Notes under the pieces: model-generated | The model's database searches: none | What the model saw: only the letters and a program-made list of their open reading frames with translations | Told to the model about the DNA's origin: nothing | Sequence record: SRR31156797_5420 | Length of the DNA stretch: 42,042 nucleotides | Direction: 5' to 3' (one strand) | Shown: one piece after another, positions 1 to 10,162 of the stretch | Layout of the letters: each line of letters starts with the position of its first letter | Position numbering within the stretch: the first letter of the stretch is position 1 | Translations under genes and position numbers: made by a program

Positions 1-138
1 TAGCTAGGCTACGCCTCCGGTTAAACTGCGCCCGAGAAAATGCACATCTACACCACTCTCCCAAGCCTCATGGTGTCAGGGGGGGGAGTTTGGACGAGAG
101 AAGTAAAGACGTTTTTAGTTTGATGATATATTTATGAT

Positions 139-164
139 GACCACCTTTGGGTGGTCTTTTTTTT
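139..164 (+). terminator. Rho-independent terminator of an upstream transcript
   Basis: GACCACC-tttg-GGTGGTC stem-loop followed by T8. Confidence 0.7.
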
Positions 165-206
165 GTGGTTTTAAAGAATGATAATCAAGGTTGTTCCATG
201 GTTATT

Positions 207-235
207 TGTCACAGATTTGCCATTCCTCGGTGACA
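207..235 (+). promoter_or_regulatory. PHO-box-like direct repeats upstream of alkaline phosphatase
   Basis: GTCACA (208), GCCATT (219), GTGACA (230) at 11-bp periodicity, resembling PhoB half-sites (GTCA(T/C)); lies upstream of phoA. Confidence 0.5.
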
Positions 236-325
236 AGGTCTCCTTAATGCAACACGGATTCGTAACCTTTTGAGGGTAGGTATGGATCGAACATAAAAAC
301 AACGCGTCCTTGAGGAGGTCGAACA

Positions 326-1816
326 ATGATTATTTGGGGAAAAAATTTTGTAAAATGTGCACTGGTGTTCATTTTTGCTGTGTCGTTCATGGTTGGTGGG
401 CAGGTCAAGTCTGCTGATGCGAAAGCGAAAACCGCTAAATATGTATTTCTTTTTGTTGGTGACGGCATGGGCCTGCCCCAACGTGCCGCGACTGCCGCTT
501 ATACGGGAAAAAAACTCGCTATTGATGCAATGCCTGCGCAGGGGATCACCACTACTTTTGCTGCCAACCGTTTCATTACCGGTTCCGCTGCCTCGGCCAC
601 GTCTTTGGCGTCCGGTATCAAGACAAATATCAACTACATCGGCGTTGACCCGGAGTTCAAGGCGGTTAAGACCATTGCTGAAATGGCCAAGGAGCAGGGC
701 AAGAAGGTCGGCATCGTTTCTTCCGTGTCTATCGATCACGCTACCCCGGCCGCTTTCTATGCTCACGTCAAGACCCGTAAAATGTACCATGAAATCGATG
801 TGGCCCTTGCCAAGTCCGGCTTCGATTTTTTTGCTGGTGGTGGTTTGAAAGACCCCGCAGGGAAGAAGTCCAAGGCTCCGCAGGGTGATGCCCTCAAGAT
901 TGCCAAAGATAATGGGTACACCATCATCAATAACAAGAAAGACTTCATGGCCATCAAGCCCGGTGACGGTAAAATTCTGGCTTGGAACGAATGGCTGCAG
1001 GACGGCAAGGCGCTTCCGTATGTCATGGATATGACCGAGAAGGATATTACCCTGCCTGAGTTTACGTCCAAGGCCATTGAAATGCTCGACAATGACAAGG
1101 GCTTTTTCTTGATGGTTGAAGGCGGAAAAATTGACTGGGCGTGTCATGCAAACGACGCCACCGCATCCATTTTGAACACCATCTCCTTTGACGAATCCGT
1201 ACAAAAGGCACTGGCTTTCTATAAAAAACACCCGAAAGACACCTTGATTGTTGTGACCGGTGACCATGAGTGCGGCGGGCTGACCCTCGGCTTTGCCGGA
1301 ACCAAGTACGGTTCCCATTTTGAAATTCTGGGTCAGCAGAAAGTCTCCTTCCAGAAATTCACAGACGAAATCTTTGCTGATTTCAAAAAGAAGGGTGGCA
1401 ATTTCGAAGCCATGAAGCCTGTTATCACCAAAAACTTTGGTTTGAAGTTCTCCGGCGATCCCAAGAAGGACGCTTTGGCTTTGGCAGATTTTCAGATTGC
1501 CGAGATCAAGACCGCTTTTGATCGTTCAATGGCAGGCAAGGAAAAGGCCAGTGGTTCGGAATATATTATGTACGGCGAATATGAGCCTATTGCTGTAGCT
1601 ATTACCCATGTGCTCAACCAGAAAGCTGGCCTTGGCTGGACTTCCTACAAGCATACAGGTGTGCCGGTTTCCACCTCCGCCATCGGTGTTGGTTCTGCCT
1701 CCTTTAACGGAAGCTATGACAACGTTGATATCGCCACTAAGATCATGTCTCTTATGGGCCTGAAGGCCAAGCCGCAGTATGTAAACTCCGGCAAGATGCA
1801 GATGGCTGCCAACTAG
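326..1816 (+). CDS. phoA: Alkaline phosphatase (PhoA family), exported
   Basis: GAGGAGG RBS; signal peptide; motifs GDGMG, TGSAAS (catalytic Ser), HATPA, EGGKIDWACH, GDHE, HTG. Confidence 0.93.
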   Translation: MIIWGKNFVKCALVFIFAVSFMVGGQVKSADAKAKTAKYVFLFVGDGMGLPQRAATAAYTGKKLAIDAMPAQGITTTFAANRFITGSAASATSLASGIKTNINYIGVDPEFKAVKTIAEMAKEQGKKVGIVSSVSIDHATPAAFYAHVKTRKMYHEIDVALAKSGFDFFAGGGLKDPAGKKSKAPQGDALKIAKDNGYTIINNKKDFMAIKPGDGKILAWNEWLQDGKALPYVMDMTEKDITLPEFTSKAIEMLDNDKGFFLMVEGGKIDWACHANDATASILNTISFDESVQKALAFYKKHPKDTLIVVTGDHECGGLTLGFAGTKYGSHFEILGQQKVSFQKFTDEIFADFKKKGGNFEAMKPVITKNFGLKFSGDPKKDALALADFQIAEIKTAFDRSMAGKEKASGSEYIMYGEYEPIAVAITHVLNQKAGLGWTSYKHTGVPVSTSAIGVGSASFNGSYDNVDIATKIMSLMGLKAKPQYVNSGKMQMAAN

Positions 1817-1835
1817 ATCGAACAACCGACATTCG

Positions 1836-1870
1836 CGGGCGGGTCGACGAGTTCGATCCGCCCGTTTCTT
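1836..1870 (+). terminator. Intergenic stem-loop (terminator or mRNA-stabilising hairpin)
   Basis: CGGGCGGGTCGA...TCGATCCGCCCG followed by TTTCTTT. Confidence 0.5.
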
Positions 1871-1881
1871 TCAAGGACATC

Positions 1882-3030
1882 ATGTATTCTCTCAGCAAAA
1901 AATCTCGTGATTGGTTACTTATTATCATTTTTACCATCCTTGCCACGGCGTTGTATTTCGTCCCGACGGGTTTCGAGAAAAACAAGGACGATGACGCTGT
2001 TCGATGTACCGCCGAAGTCATAGCCGTTGACAACGAGAACATTCAGGAACTCGGCATGATTCTTACAGGCGAGCAGAGTGTCAGTCTGCGTATGCTTGAT
2101 GGCCCGTATTCGGGACAGGAGTTTGACGGGTTGAATCAGCTTCTTGGTCAGATGGATCGGGATAAAGAGTTCCGGGTCGGTGACACTGCCTATGTCGTTC
2201 TGACCATTGGCGAGGACGGCGAAGTCATCTTTGTCAATCCGCAAGCACATTATCGATTGGGTCTGGAACTGCTCCTGCTTGGCTTGTTTGCCGGATTATT
2301 GATACTTTTTGGTGGAATGACAGGCCTGAAAGCACTGCTTTCATTTATCTTTACAGGCATGACCATCTGGAAAGTACTCGTGCCGCTTTTGCTCAAGGGA
2401 ACTGATCCGGTTTGGCTCGCTCTGTGCGTAGTAGCCCTGCTCAGTGGCGTGATCATTTTTATGGTAGCGGGTATCAATCGTACAGGATTGACCGCGTTTA
2501 TCGGGACGCTTCTTGGTGTGGTCTCCAGTTGTGCGTTGGCTGCCTATTTTACGAGTAAACTTCATGTGCACGGGGCCGTGATGCCCTTTGCCGAAACCCT
2601 ACTCTATGCAGGGTATGGTCATTTGGACCTGACACGAATTTTTATGGCCGGGGTGTTTTTGGCATCAAGTGGTGCGGTCATGGATCTTGCTATGGATGTG
2701 GCCGCCTCCATGGGGGAGGTCGTATCCAAGAAGCCCGGAATTTCGCGGGTGGAGGCTGTCTGGTCCGGTATCCGCGTGGGACGGGCTGTTGTCGGCACCA
2801 TGACGACCACGTTGTTGCTTGCCTATTCCGGTGGATATGTGACTTTGCTCATGGCTTTTATGGCCCAAGGCATCCCGTTGGGGTCCACGTTTAATTTTAT
2901 TTATGTAGCGGCAGAAGTGCTCAAGACCTTGGTGGGTAGCTTCGGATTGGTTACGGTAGCTCCGTTCACGGCTGTCGTGGGCGGTATGCTTTTAGTGGGT
3001 AAAGGAGATCGAGGTGGATTGAACCATTGA
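1882..3030 (+). CDS. YibE/F family membrane protein
   Basis: N-terminal TM plus small soluble domain, then multiple TMs; motifs GAVMDLAMDVA and GTMTTTLLLAYSG typical of YibE/F. Confidence 0.85.
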   Translation: MYSLSKKSRDWLLIIIFTILATALYFVPTGFEKNKDDDAVRCTAEVIAVDNENIQELGMILTGEQSVSLRMLDGPYSGQEFDGLNQLLGQMDRDKEFRVGDTAYVVLTIGEDGEVIFVNPQAHYRLGLELLLLGLFAGLLILFGGMTGLKALLSFIFTGMTIWKVLVPLLLKGTDPVWLALCVVALLSGVIIFMVAGINRTGLTAFIGTLLGVVSSCALAAYFTSKLHVHGAVMPFAETLLYAGYGHLDLTRIFMAGVFLASSGAVMDLAMDVAASMGEVVSKKPGISRVEAVWSGIRVGRAVVGTMTTTLLLAYSGGYVTLLMAFMAQGIPLGSTFNFIYVAAEVLKTLVGSFGLVTVAPFTAVVGGMLLVGKGDRGGLNH

Positions 3031-3087
3031 CGAATGCGTTTGTATAGGCGACACCATGGGTGAATATTAATCGCGCAAGGAGTCTCA

Positions 3088-3519
3088 ATGCTTTCAGTTC
3101 TCGGTAATATCATCTGGTGGGTCATCGGTGGCCTTTTCATGGCTTTGGGCTGGTTTCTGGCCGGATGTCTGATGGCCATTTCCATTATCGGACTGCCTTG
3201 GGCGCGGTCTGCTTTTGTTATCGCCAAATTTGCTTTGATCCCCTTTGGACGGACGCTTATTCGGCGCGATATCGTGACCGGTGAAAAGGATGTGGGCACC
3301 TCGGATTGGGGAATGCTCGGCAACATTATCTGGTTCATTTTTGCTGGTTGGTGGTTGTGCATCGGTCATATCATGGCCTCGCTTGGTTGTTTTATCACCA
3401 TTATCGGTATCCCGTGGGGATGGCAGCACCTCAAGCTGGCCGGGGCTACGTTGGCTCCCATTGGTATGACATCCGTGACTGTGGAAGATGCGGAACGGTT
3501 GTACGGCGTCAGAAAGTAA
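3088..3519 (+). CDS. YccF-domain inner membrane protein
   Basis: Duplicated LGNIIW...GW...ITIIGIPW...P(F/I)G repeat; AGGAG RBS. Confidence 0.88.
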   Translation: MLSVLGNIIWWVIGGLFMALGWFLAGCLMAISIIGLPWARSAFVIAKFALIPFGRTLIRRDIVTGEKDVGTSDWGMLGNIIWFIFAGWWLCIGHIMASLGCFITIIGIPWGWQHLKLAGATLAPIGMTSVTVEDAERLYGVRK

Positions 3520-3639
3520 TCAAAAACGTTTGTGCAAAGTGGTGCACCCCTCTTGCCAGAGGGGAAAAACCTGCTTACATATGCACCAGTCGCCGGGATG
3601 ATCCCGGCTATTATCTGATATCAATTCGGAGGAATTTCA

Positions 3640-4371
3640 ATGGCTCAATATCCCAGCATGCAACAGACCGGCTCCCGTACCGAAGTTGTTAATGCCTTTA
3701 TGCGTGGTGTCTACGGCTGGATGAGCGCAGGCCTTGGCCTGACCGCTTTGGTCGCCTTTGCCGTTACTCAGTCTCAGACCCTTATGCAGATGTTTTTCGT
3801 TGTTGACCCGGCCACCGGTGCCGTGGGCATGTCGACTTTAGTTTTTATCCTGCTTTTTGCTGAACTGGGCATTGTCTTTTATCTGGGTGCAAAAATCAGG
3901 ACCATGGCTCCGGCTACAGCTACTGCTCTGTTTATGCTTTACTCCGGCCTGAACGGGTTGACCCTGACTCCGATTTTGCTGGCGTACACCGCTGAATCCG
4001 TGGCTTCCACGTTTGTCATTACTGCTGGCATGTTCGGTACCATGTCCATCTATGGACTTGTGACCAAAAAGGACCTGACCAGTTGGGGTAGCCTGTTGTT
4101 CATGGGGCTGATCGGAATCGTTATCGCCATGATTGTGAATATGTTTCTGCAGAGTTCCGCCATGGCGTTCGCCATTTCGGTTGTCGGTGTGATCATCTTC
4201 CTTGGCCTGACCGCTTACGATACGCAGAAGCTTAAGACCATGGGTGAAACTGTCCCGATGAATGATTCCGCAGCCATCCGGCGTGGCACCATCCTCGGTG
4301 CTTTGACTTTGTATCTGGACTTCATCAACCTGTTCCTGATGTTGCTCAGACTTCTGGGGAATCGCGAGTAA
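3640..4371 (+). CDS. Bax inhibitor-1/YccA family membrane protein
   Basis: About 7 TMs; FMRGVYGWM, TAYDTQKLK, GALTLYLDFINLF motifs; GGAGG RBS. Confidence 0.9.
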   Translation: MAQYPSMQQTGSRTEVVNAFMRGVYGWMSAGLGLTALVAFAVTQSQTLMQMFFVVDPATGAVGMSTLVFILLFAELGIVFYLGAKIRTMAPATATALFMLYSGLNGLTLTPILLAYTAESVASTFVITAGMFGTMSIYGLVTKKDLTSWGSLLFMGLIGIVIAMIVNMFLQSSAMAFAISVVGVIIFLGLTAYDTQKLKTMGETVPMNDSAAIRRGTILGALTLYLDFINLFLMLLRLLGNRE

Positions 4372-4399
4372 TTTTATACAGTCTTTTTGAAAAATAAAT

Positions 4400-4434
4400 A
4401 AGGCCGCATCCGTTTAATCGGGGGCGGCCTTTTC
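4400..4434. terminator. Bidirectional terminator between convergent genes
   Basis: AAGGCCGC...GCGGCCTT stem flanked by A- and T-rich tracts. Confidence 0.7.
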
Positions 4435-4448
4435 TTATTGTCGTATGG

Positions 4449-5444
4449 TTATTCGACGTGTCGTATGGTGATGGATGGAACGGTCAGGTGAACTGGCTTG
4501 CTGAGGTTCCATCTTTTCAACTCGTAGTCGCTGAATATGAATCGACTTGTTTCCGCAATAACAGGTTCTATTTCAGAGGCTTTTTCCCCTGACAGGATGC
4601 GTTTAACCAGCTTTGCCGCTTCCCATCCCTGTGGTTCGGCAGCAAGGACCAGTCCGCCTATAGCCTTTCCCTTACCGATGGAGAAATTCCAGAACCCAAA
4701 GAGCGGGATAGAACTGTTGACGGAGGTCCAACGGATAATTTCTTCCTCGGGTATGTGGTTTCCGTCCTTGTCACAAATAGTGTGGTACAGTCCGACAATG
4801 ATGGCGTTGTATCCTTTTTGGGGGGCGGAAAGCACGGCTTGACGCCATTCTTTTAGTGTGCCGATGAGCCGTATATCGGTTTCTGTGCCAGCAAATTTGA
4901 GATGGCGGTGATTATTGAATACTGAGTCAAGAGACATTTGTGCTGTCGTGCTTTTGTCGTAAAGAACCAGACACTTTTTTAGGTCCTCATGAAGTATGTC
5001 TTGAATAAAGGCGATGGAACGTTTGAATAAGGGACGTTCCAACACCCCTGTTGCCTGGTGTTTAAACATATTGTAATCGCGTGGATTTGCATTGATTCCG
5101 AGATAAACAATCGGGATATGCATGTCTGCGATGCTTTTCCCCAAAAGTTTGAGGGCGTCATCATCGGTTAAAACAACGACTTTGGGATTGATGGTTTCAA
5201 GCGTTTGGATGGCGCGGTCTGTGGCTGTTTTGAATTCGCTTCGAGGAATTCTTTTGGTGTCCATGTCGAAGAAAGAGAGAGAAGCCACATTTTCAAGCCC
5301 TCGCTTAAGTGAGGCGTTGTGTTCTTTAACCCATTGGAAACTCGTGCTATAACTGTTAATAACGAGAACGTGAGGCATGTCTGCAATGGCTGTTGTCGCC
5401 ATGAAAAGTAAGGCTGTGAAGTGTATGCAAAATATTCTGAGCAT
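4449..5444 (-). CDS. Periplasmic ABC-type substrate-binding protein (ABC_sub_bind-like), orphan
   Basis: Signal peptide; VLVINSYS, MDTKR, DDDAL, PIVYLGIN, GGLVL...QG..AA motifs. Confidence 0.75.
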   Translation of the reverse strand: MLRIFCIHFTALLFMATTAIADMPHVLVINSYSTSFQWVKEHNASLKRGLENVASLSFFDMDTKRIPRSEFKTATDRAIQTLETINPKVVVLTDDDALKLLGKSIADMHIPIVYLGINANPRDYNMFKHQATGVLERPLFKRSIAFIQDILHEDLKKCLVLYDKSTTAQMSLDSVFNNHRHLKFAGTETDIRLIGTLKEWRQAVLSAPQKGYNAIIVGLYHTICDKDGNHIPEEEIIRWTSVNSSIPLFGFWNFSIGKGKAIGGLVLAAEPQGWEAAKLVKRILSGEKASEIEPVIAETSRFIFSDYELKRWNLSKPVHLTVPSITIRHVE

Positions 5445-5625
5445 GCGGGGCCTTTGTTTCCTTTAGGTCATCATTTGGGAAGTTTGTTACTTTATACGGA
5501 ATATGTTTTTTTTCTCATAGTATAATTTGCCCCAGAGTCTTTTCTATGAGGGTATTTGCGTCTTGCCACTGGTAACAGAGGGACGTATGATTCACCCTGT
5601 GCTTTTCTAATTTTCATGGAGTATC

Positions 5626-6720
5626 ATGTCTGAATCAGTAACTGAATTACAGAATATCCTTGCTCCCGTACTCAAACCATTGGGTTGGGTGTACGGCAGA
5701 GTTATGCGTATACGTGAAACGTTGTTTCAGCGTGGCCTTATGCGGGGCTGGGAGCCTCCAGTTCCTACTGTTTCTGTAGGCAATATAGGCTGGGGAGGCA
5801 CAGGCAAAACTCCTGTGGCTGATTGGCTTCTTGGCTGGGCAGAACGTCAGGGGTTGCAAAGCGTTTTGCTTACGAGAGGCTATGGAGCGCGTCCGACGTC
5901 GTTGCCATATCACGTGCAGTCTGGGGCTTTGGCCGAGGAATCGGGTGATGAACCGCTTATGTTGGCTCGCTCTAATGAGAAGGCATGTGTTATGGTGGAC
6001 CCTAATCGTACCCGAGCCGGGAAGGTCGCCATGGAACGATTTAACCCGAATTTCGTCATTTTGGATGACGGGTTTCAACACATGGCGGTTAAGCGGCATT
6101 GCAATCTTGTGTTGCTCAAACCAGAAGACCTGATGGAAGGTTGGAATCGTGTCATCCCTGCCGGATCGTGGCGCGAGTCGGAGTCTGCTCTTGCTCGAGC
6201 TGATGCGTTTATGGTCAAGATTGGTCCGTTGGGGTTCGAAGCGCTCATGCCGTTTATTGATCGACATCTGAGTCAGTTCCTAAAACCGGTTTTCAGCTTT
6301 CAGATCATGCCTACGGGTGTCCGTCGTCTATTGGGCGGAGAATCAGCGCGGGATTTCGACAAAGGGCAGTATTTGCTTGTGTCCGGTGTGGGCGATCCTG
6401 AACAGGTTAAGCATACGGCGACGGGATACTTTGGATATCCGCCGTTGCAGCATATGATTTTTAAAGATCACCATCCATACTCGAAGAAAGATGCACTTGA
6501 AATCTCCACCAAGGCGCGGCAGGCAGGGTGCAAGGCTGTTTTGTGTACGCCCAAGGACGCGGTAAAGCTTGGGCCGTTGTGTACCGAGGAGTTCTGGGAG
6601 TTTGATCTCCGATTAGATTTTGGGCCGTCCACTCTTGGCGATGAAACCGATTTTGAATCCTGGTGGAATCGACGTTTCGAAATTATTGACGCGCGACTCA
6701 AAGAGAAGAGCCGCGCATAG
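5626..6720 (+). CDS. lpxK: Tetraacyldisaccharide 4'-kinase
   Basis: SVGNIGWGGTGKTP P-loop, LTRGYG, GDEP, ILDDGFQH, FKDHH, CTPKDAVKL. Confidence 0.95.
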   Translation: MSESVTELQNILAPVLKPLGWVYGRVMRIRETLFQRGLMRGWEPPVPTVSVGNIGWGGTGKTPVADWLLGWAERQGLQSVLLTRGYGARPTSLPYHVQSGALAEESGDEPLMLARSNEKACVMVDPNRTRAGKVAMERFNPNFVILDDGFQHMAVKRHCNLVLLKPEDLMEGWNRVIPAGSWRESESALARADAFMVKIGPLGFEALMPFIDRHLSQFLKPVFSFQIMPTGVRRLLGGESARDFDKGQYLLVSGVGDPEQVKHTATGYFGYPPLQHMIFKDHHPYSKKDALEISTKARQAGCKAVLCTPKDAVKLGPLCTEEFWEFDLRLDFGPSTLGDETDFESWWNRRFEIIDARLKEKSRA

Positions 6721-6729
6721 GAGGCTGTC

Positions 6730-8928
6730 ATGCCTAAGAAAAAACGCAATCAGCCTCGTCCGAGCACACCGCCTTTGTATGCGGGTGTCATCCTCAAGCT
6801 GTTTAAAGAGGTGCAACGTCCCATGTCGAGGGCTGAAGTTATTCGTCAGCTCAGGCTTAAGAAGAGGGATAAGCATATCATTAAAGATTTGCTTAAGGAT
6901 CTTGTACGGCAGGGCAAGCTTATTCGTATTCGTCGCGGATACGGGTTGGCTGAGTCTATGCATTGCATTACCGGGCGGTTGGAAATCCAGCGGCAGGGTT
7001 TTGGTTTTGTGATACCGGAAGACTCCCGACGTAAGGACGTTTTTATCAATCAGCGAGATATTGGTGAGGCGTGGCATGGTGATCGCGTTGTCGTTTCTGT
7101 GCTGGGAGAGCCAAAGAAAGGTCGCAATGCCGAGGGCCGGATCGTTCGTATATTGGAGCGAGGCCGTAAAACCCTGCCTGCAAAAGTCATCAAGAAGATG
7201 GGGGGAGAGTGGTTGTGTCGGCCAAGTGATCCTAAATTGGCGTTCGGTATCATTTGCACTCTCAAGGATGAATCCCTCGAATTGAAACCGGGTGACATTG
7301 TTATTTGTATCCCCGGCGAAAAGATGGATCCGACAATGTGGCAAGGCGAAATCACGGAGCTTCTTGGATCGGAAGTCGATATTGCCGTGCAGGAGGCGTT
7401 GGTCAAATCCAATCATAATATTCGCACCCGGTTCCCCTCTGGCTCAGAGAGTCAGGCAGAGGGCTTGCCGCGTGAGCCATCTGAAAAGGATTTCGTCGGT
7501 CGTCGCGATCTGACAGAGAAACAGTTTGTGACCATTGATGGAGCCACGGCCCGTGATTTTGATGATGCCGTTCTGGTGGAGCGGTTGGACAAGGGCTATC
7601 GTTTGTGGGTCGCCATCGCTGATGTGGCCCATTATGTGGCTGAAGGAACGCCTTTAGACAAGGAAGCGCTTGAGCGTGGTAATTCCTATTATTTTCCTCG
7701 GTCTGTTGTGCCAATGTTTCCTGAGCGATTGTCCAATGGCCTTTGTTCGCTGAATCCCGATGTAAAGCGACTGACCATGGTCGTGTGTATGGATACAGAT
7801 GAAACCGGTAGAACCCGATCTGCTTCGTTTTATCAGGCTGTCATCAAGAGTCATGCACGACTGACATACACGCAGGTAAAACAGGCAATTCTTGATCGTG
7901 ATGAAGAGGTCCGACAGGAAATTAAATCGGTTGTCCCCATGTTGGAATTGGCCGAAGAGCTGGCCCGGAAGATCAATAAATTGAGAAGTCGGCGCGGTTC
8001 TCTTGATTTCGATCTGCCAGAACCGGAAGTGTTTTTTGATGCCGATGGTGAAGTGTCTGAAATTCGGCCTAAACAAAGGTCTTTTGCCAATCAGCTTATT
8101 GAGGAGTTCATGGTCGCGGCGAACGAAGCTGTAGCGCATTATCTCATAGAGCAGGATTTGCCGTGCCTGTTTCGTATTCACCCTCAAGCTGACGAAGGGA
8201 AATTGCAGAATCTGTTCCGCATGCTTTCTCGTACAGATAAGAGTGTTGTCATGCCCAAGGAGATAACGCCTAAAAAGCTTCAGATGCTCGTGGCATCCAT
8301 GCGGGGCACGGACAAGGAATATGTGGTTAACCGCATGTTGCTTCGTTCGATGAAACAGGCCAAGTATTCTCCAGAAAATGAAGGCCATTTTGGTTTGGCA
8401 AGTGAGGAATATGCCCATTTTACCTCACCTATTCGTCGGTATGCGGATTTGGTTGTCCATCGGTTGCTGAAAACAGCTATAGACCTCAACAGCGATGCTG
8501 CAGTCCGGATTCCTCTCCCTGGCCAGAAAAAGTTGCAAAATACCGCGAATCATATCTCCAGTCGGGAACGAGTCGCCATGGATGCCGAGCGAGAAATTCT
8601 CAAACGGGTGACCGTGTTGTTTATGCGCGATAAGGTTGGGCAATCCTTTAACGGGGTTGTTTCGCATATCACTGACTTCGGATTTTATGTTGAATTGAAG
8701 GATGTTATGGCCGAAGGCCTGATTCGCCTTTCGTCCATGGATGACGATTACTACACCTACTGGCCTCAGCGCGAAATGTTGGTTGGCGAGCATACTGGCC
8801 GAGCCTTCGCTCTGGGACAAGCCGTAGAGGTTGTGCTCGACGAAGTTAATTTGGAACGTCTGGAATTGAATTTCAGCCTGAAATCCGTGGAAGCCGCTGC
8901 AATGGATTACAAGGATTTGATCGAATAG
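6730..8928 (+). CDS. rnr: Ribonuclease R
   Basis: N-terminal HTH and cold-shock domains; RNB motifs TIDGATARDFDDA and HFTSPIRRYADL; C-terminal S1 domain. Confidence 0.95.
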   Translation: MPKKKRNQPRPSTPPLYAGVILKLFKEVQRPMSRAEVIRQLRLKKRDKHIIKDLLKDLVRQGKLIRIRRGYGLAESMHCITGRLEIQRQGFGFVIPEDSRRKDVFINQRDIGEAWHGDRVVVSVLGEPKKGRNAEGRIVRILERGRKTLPAKVIKKMGGEWLCRPSDPKLAFGIICTLKDESLELKPGDIVICIPGEKMDPTMWQGEITELLGSEVDIAVQEALVKSNHNIRTRFPSGSESQAEGLPREPSEKDFVGRRDLTEKQFVTIDGATARDFDDAVLVERLDKGYRLWVAIADVAHYVAEGTPLDKEALERGNSYYFPRSVVPMFPERLSNGLCSLNPDVKRLTMVVCMDTDETGRTRSASFYQAVIKSHARLTYTQVKQAILDRDEEVRQEIKSVVPMLELAEELARKINKLRSRRGSLDFDLPEPEVFFDADGEVSEIRPKQRSFANQLIEEFMVAANEAVAHYLIEQDLPCLFRIHPQADEGKLQNLFRMLSRTDKSVVMPKEITPKKLQMLVASMRGTDKEYVVNRMLLRSMKQAKYSPENEGHFGLASEEYAHFTSPIRRYADLVVHRLLKTAIDLNSDAAVRIPLPGQKKLQNTANHISSRERVAMDAEREILKRVTVLFMRDKVGQSFNGVVSHITDFGFYVELKDVMAEGLIRLSSMDDDYYTYWPQREMLVGEHTGRAFALGQAVEVVLDEVNLERLELNFSLKSVEAAAMDYKDLIE

Positions 8929-9039
8929 AGGCTTTACTCGGCTCACAGTGTGCGGATTATGTTTTTAGTTGACGGATAAGTTTATTTTGACTAAACATAT
9001 TTTCATAGAGCAACACTATATATTAACTAAGGCGCAACA

Positions 9040-9702
9040 ATGAGTAACGGATTCGAAGCTTTTTTCAAGAGGCTGTGTTCGGAAACAGAAGTCAAAAATC
9101 AATCGCAACTTGCCCGGGAATTGGACGTTGGGCGAGCAGCGGTCTCCCTTGCCAAAAAAAAGGAATCCGTCCCTGCACGGTGGATACTTGATCTGTCGGC
9201 CCGGTTCGGATTGAATCCGCTCTGGCTGGAAAAAGGTAAGGGTTTTCCCCGTTCAGAGGCTGTCGTGGCGGCAGTTGAAGAGGACGGCGCATCATATGAG
9301 GAAGTGCCCAAAGTGCGCGCTCGACTCTGTGCCGGAGGGGGGTCGTTTGAGACCGATGGAATGGTGGAGGGATATTATTCTTTTCGCTCTGATTGGTTGA
9401 AGAGCCGAGGTAATCCGGCCAATATGGTGCTTATGGAAGTTATCGGTAACTCTATGGAGCCGGAGATTAAGGAAGGGGATATGGTCCTTATTGATCAGGC
9501 TCGGTCAGATGTACTTTCCGGTGGCATCTATGCCGTGGGAGTCGAAGATACCGTCATGGTCAAACGGGTGGAGCGACTGCCCGGTACCCTGGTTCTCAGA
9601 AGTGATAACGTGGATTATTCTCCTATCCATTTGTCCGGTGACGAGTTGAATAATGTTCGTGTTATCGGTCAAGTCCTGTGGGCATCCAGAGAATATCGCT
9701 AG
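9040..9702 (+). CDS. CI/LexA-like repressor (phage CI-type HTH plus S24 peptidase)
   Basis: N-terminal HTH (SQLARELDVGRAAVS, LNPLWLEKGKG); CAGGG cleavage site; catalytic GNSMEP Ser and VKR Lys. Confidence 0.88.
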   Translation: MSNGFEAFFKRLCSETEVKNQSQLARELDVGRAAVSLAKKKESVPARWILDLSARFGLNPLWLEKGKGFPRSEAVVAAVEEDGASYEEVPKVRARLCAGGGSFETDGMVEGYYSFRSDWLKSRGNPANMVLMEVIGNSMEPEIKEGDMVLIDQARSDVLSGGIYAVGVEDTVMVKRVERLPGTLVLRSDNVDYSPIHLSGDELNNVRVIGQVLWASREYR

Positions 9703-9727
9703 TCCTGATTTTATTCGAAAAAATATT

Positions 9728-9765
9728 AAAAGCCCTGCAACGAAAAATCGTTGCAGGGCTTTTTT
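9728..9765 (+). terminator. Rho-independent terminator
   Basis: Perfect 16-bp inverted repeat AAAAGCCCTGCAACGA/TCGTTGCAGGGCTTTT plus T-run. Confidence 0.85.
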
Positions 9766-9842
9766 ATTTATTTGAAATTATTGATTAAAATGTTTTATCG
9801 AGGTAGATGTCATGTAAATGAAAACAAAATGTAAAATTATAG

Positions 9843-9872
9843 TTGACAAAATGGAGGGGCGTTGTTTATTAA
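9843..9872 (+). promoter_or_regulatory. Sigma-70 promoter for the small zinc-ribbon ORF
   Basis: TTGACA-N18-TATTAA with an AT-rich upstream region. Confidence 0.55.
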
Positions 9873-9936
9873 AGAGTCACGTTGAGTCGAAAAGAACAAC
9901 AAACGCGTTACAGCGCGATGGAGAAAGGAGAGAGTC

Positions 9937-10101
9937 ATGCAGGAACGTTTTTGCAAGTGCGGTCACAGGCTGATGGTTCAATATACTCTTGATGGTTTTA
10001 TTCCCTGGGAAGCGGTTATCGTGGAAGATGACGCAATCGTTTCTCCGGTCAAGGTCTGCCCGTGCTGCGGAAGTTATCTCTCCATTCATTTCCTTCGATA
10101 A
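9937..10101 (+). CDS. Small putative zinc-ribbon protein (54 aa), not in the ORF track
   Basis: AAGGAG RBS; MQERFCKCGHRLMVQYTLDGFIPWEAVIVEDDAIVSPVKVCPCCGSYLSIHFLR with CxC and CPCCG; own promoter and downstream hairpin. Confidence 0.75.
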   Translation: MQERFCKCGHRLMVQYTLDGFIPWEAVIVEDDAIVSPVKVCPCCGSYLSIHFLR

Positions 10102-10162
10102 TTTTTGATATTTCCGACAAACTCCCGAACCCTGCGGGCTTGTTTGTCCATCCCTGTTGAAT

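Noticed and set aside
209-1318. 369-aa minus-strand ORF and other long antisense ORFs (7654-8418, 31747-32541, 6613-7416)
   Set aside because: They are shadow frames opposite well-supported genes and have no recognisable motifs.
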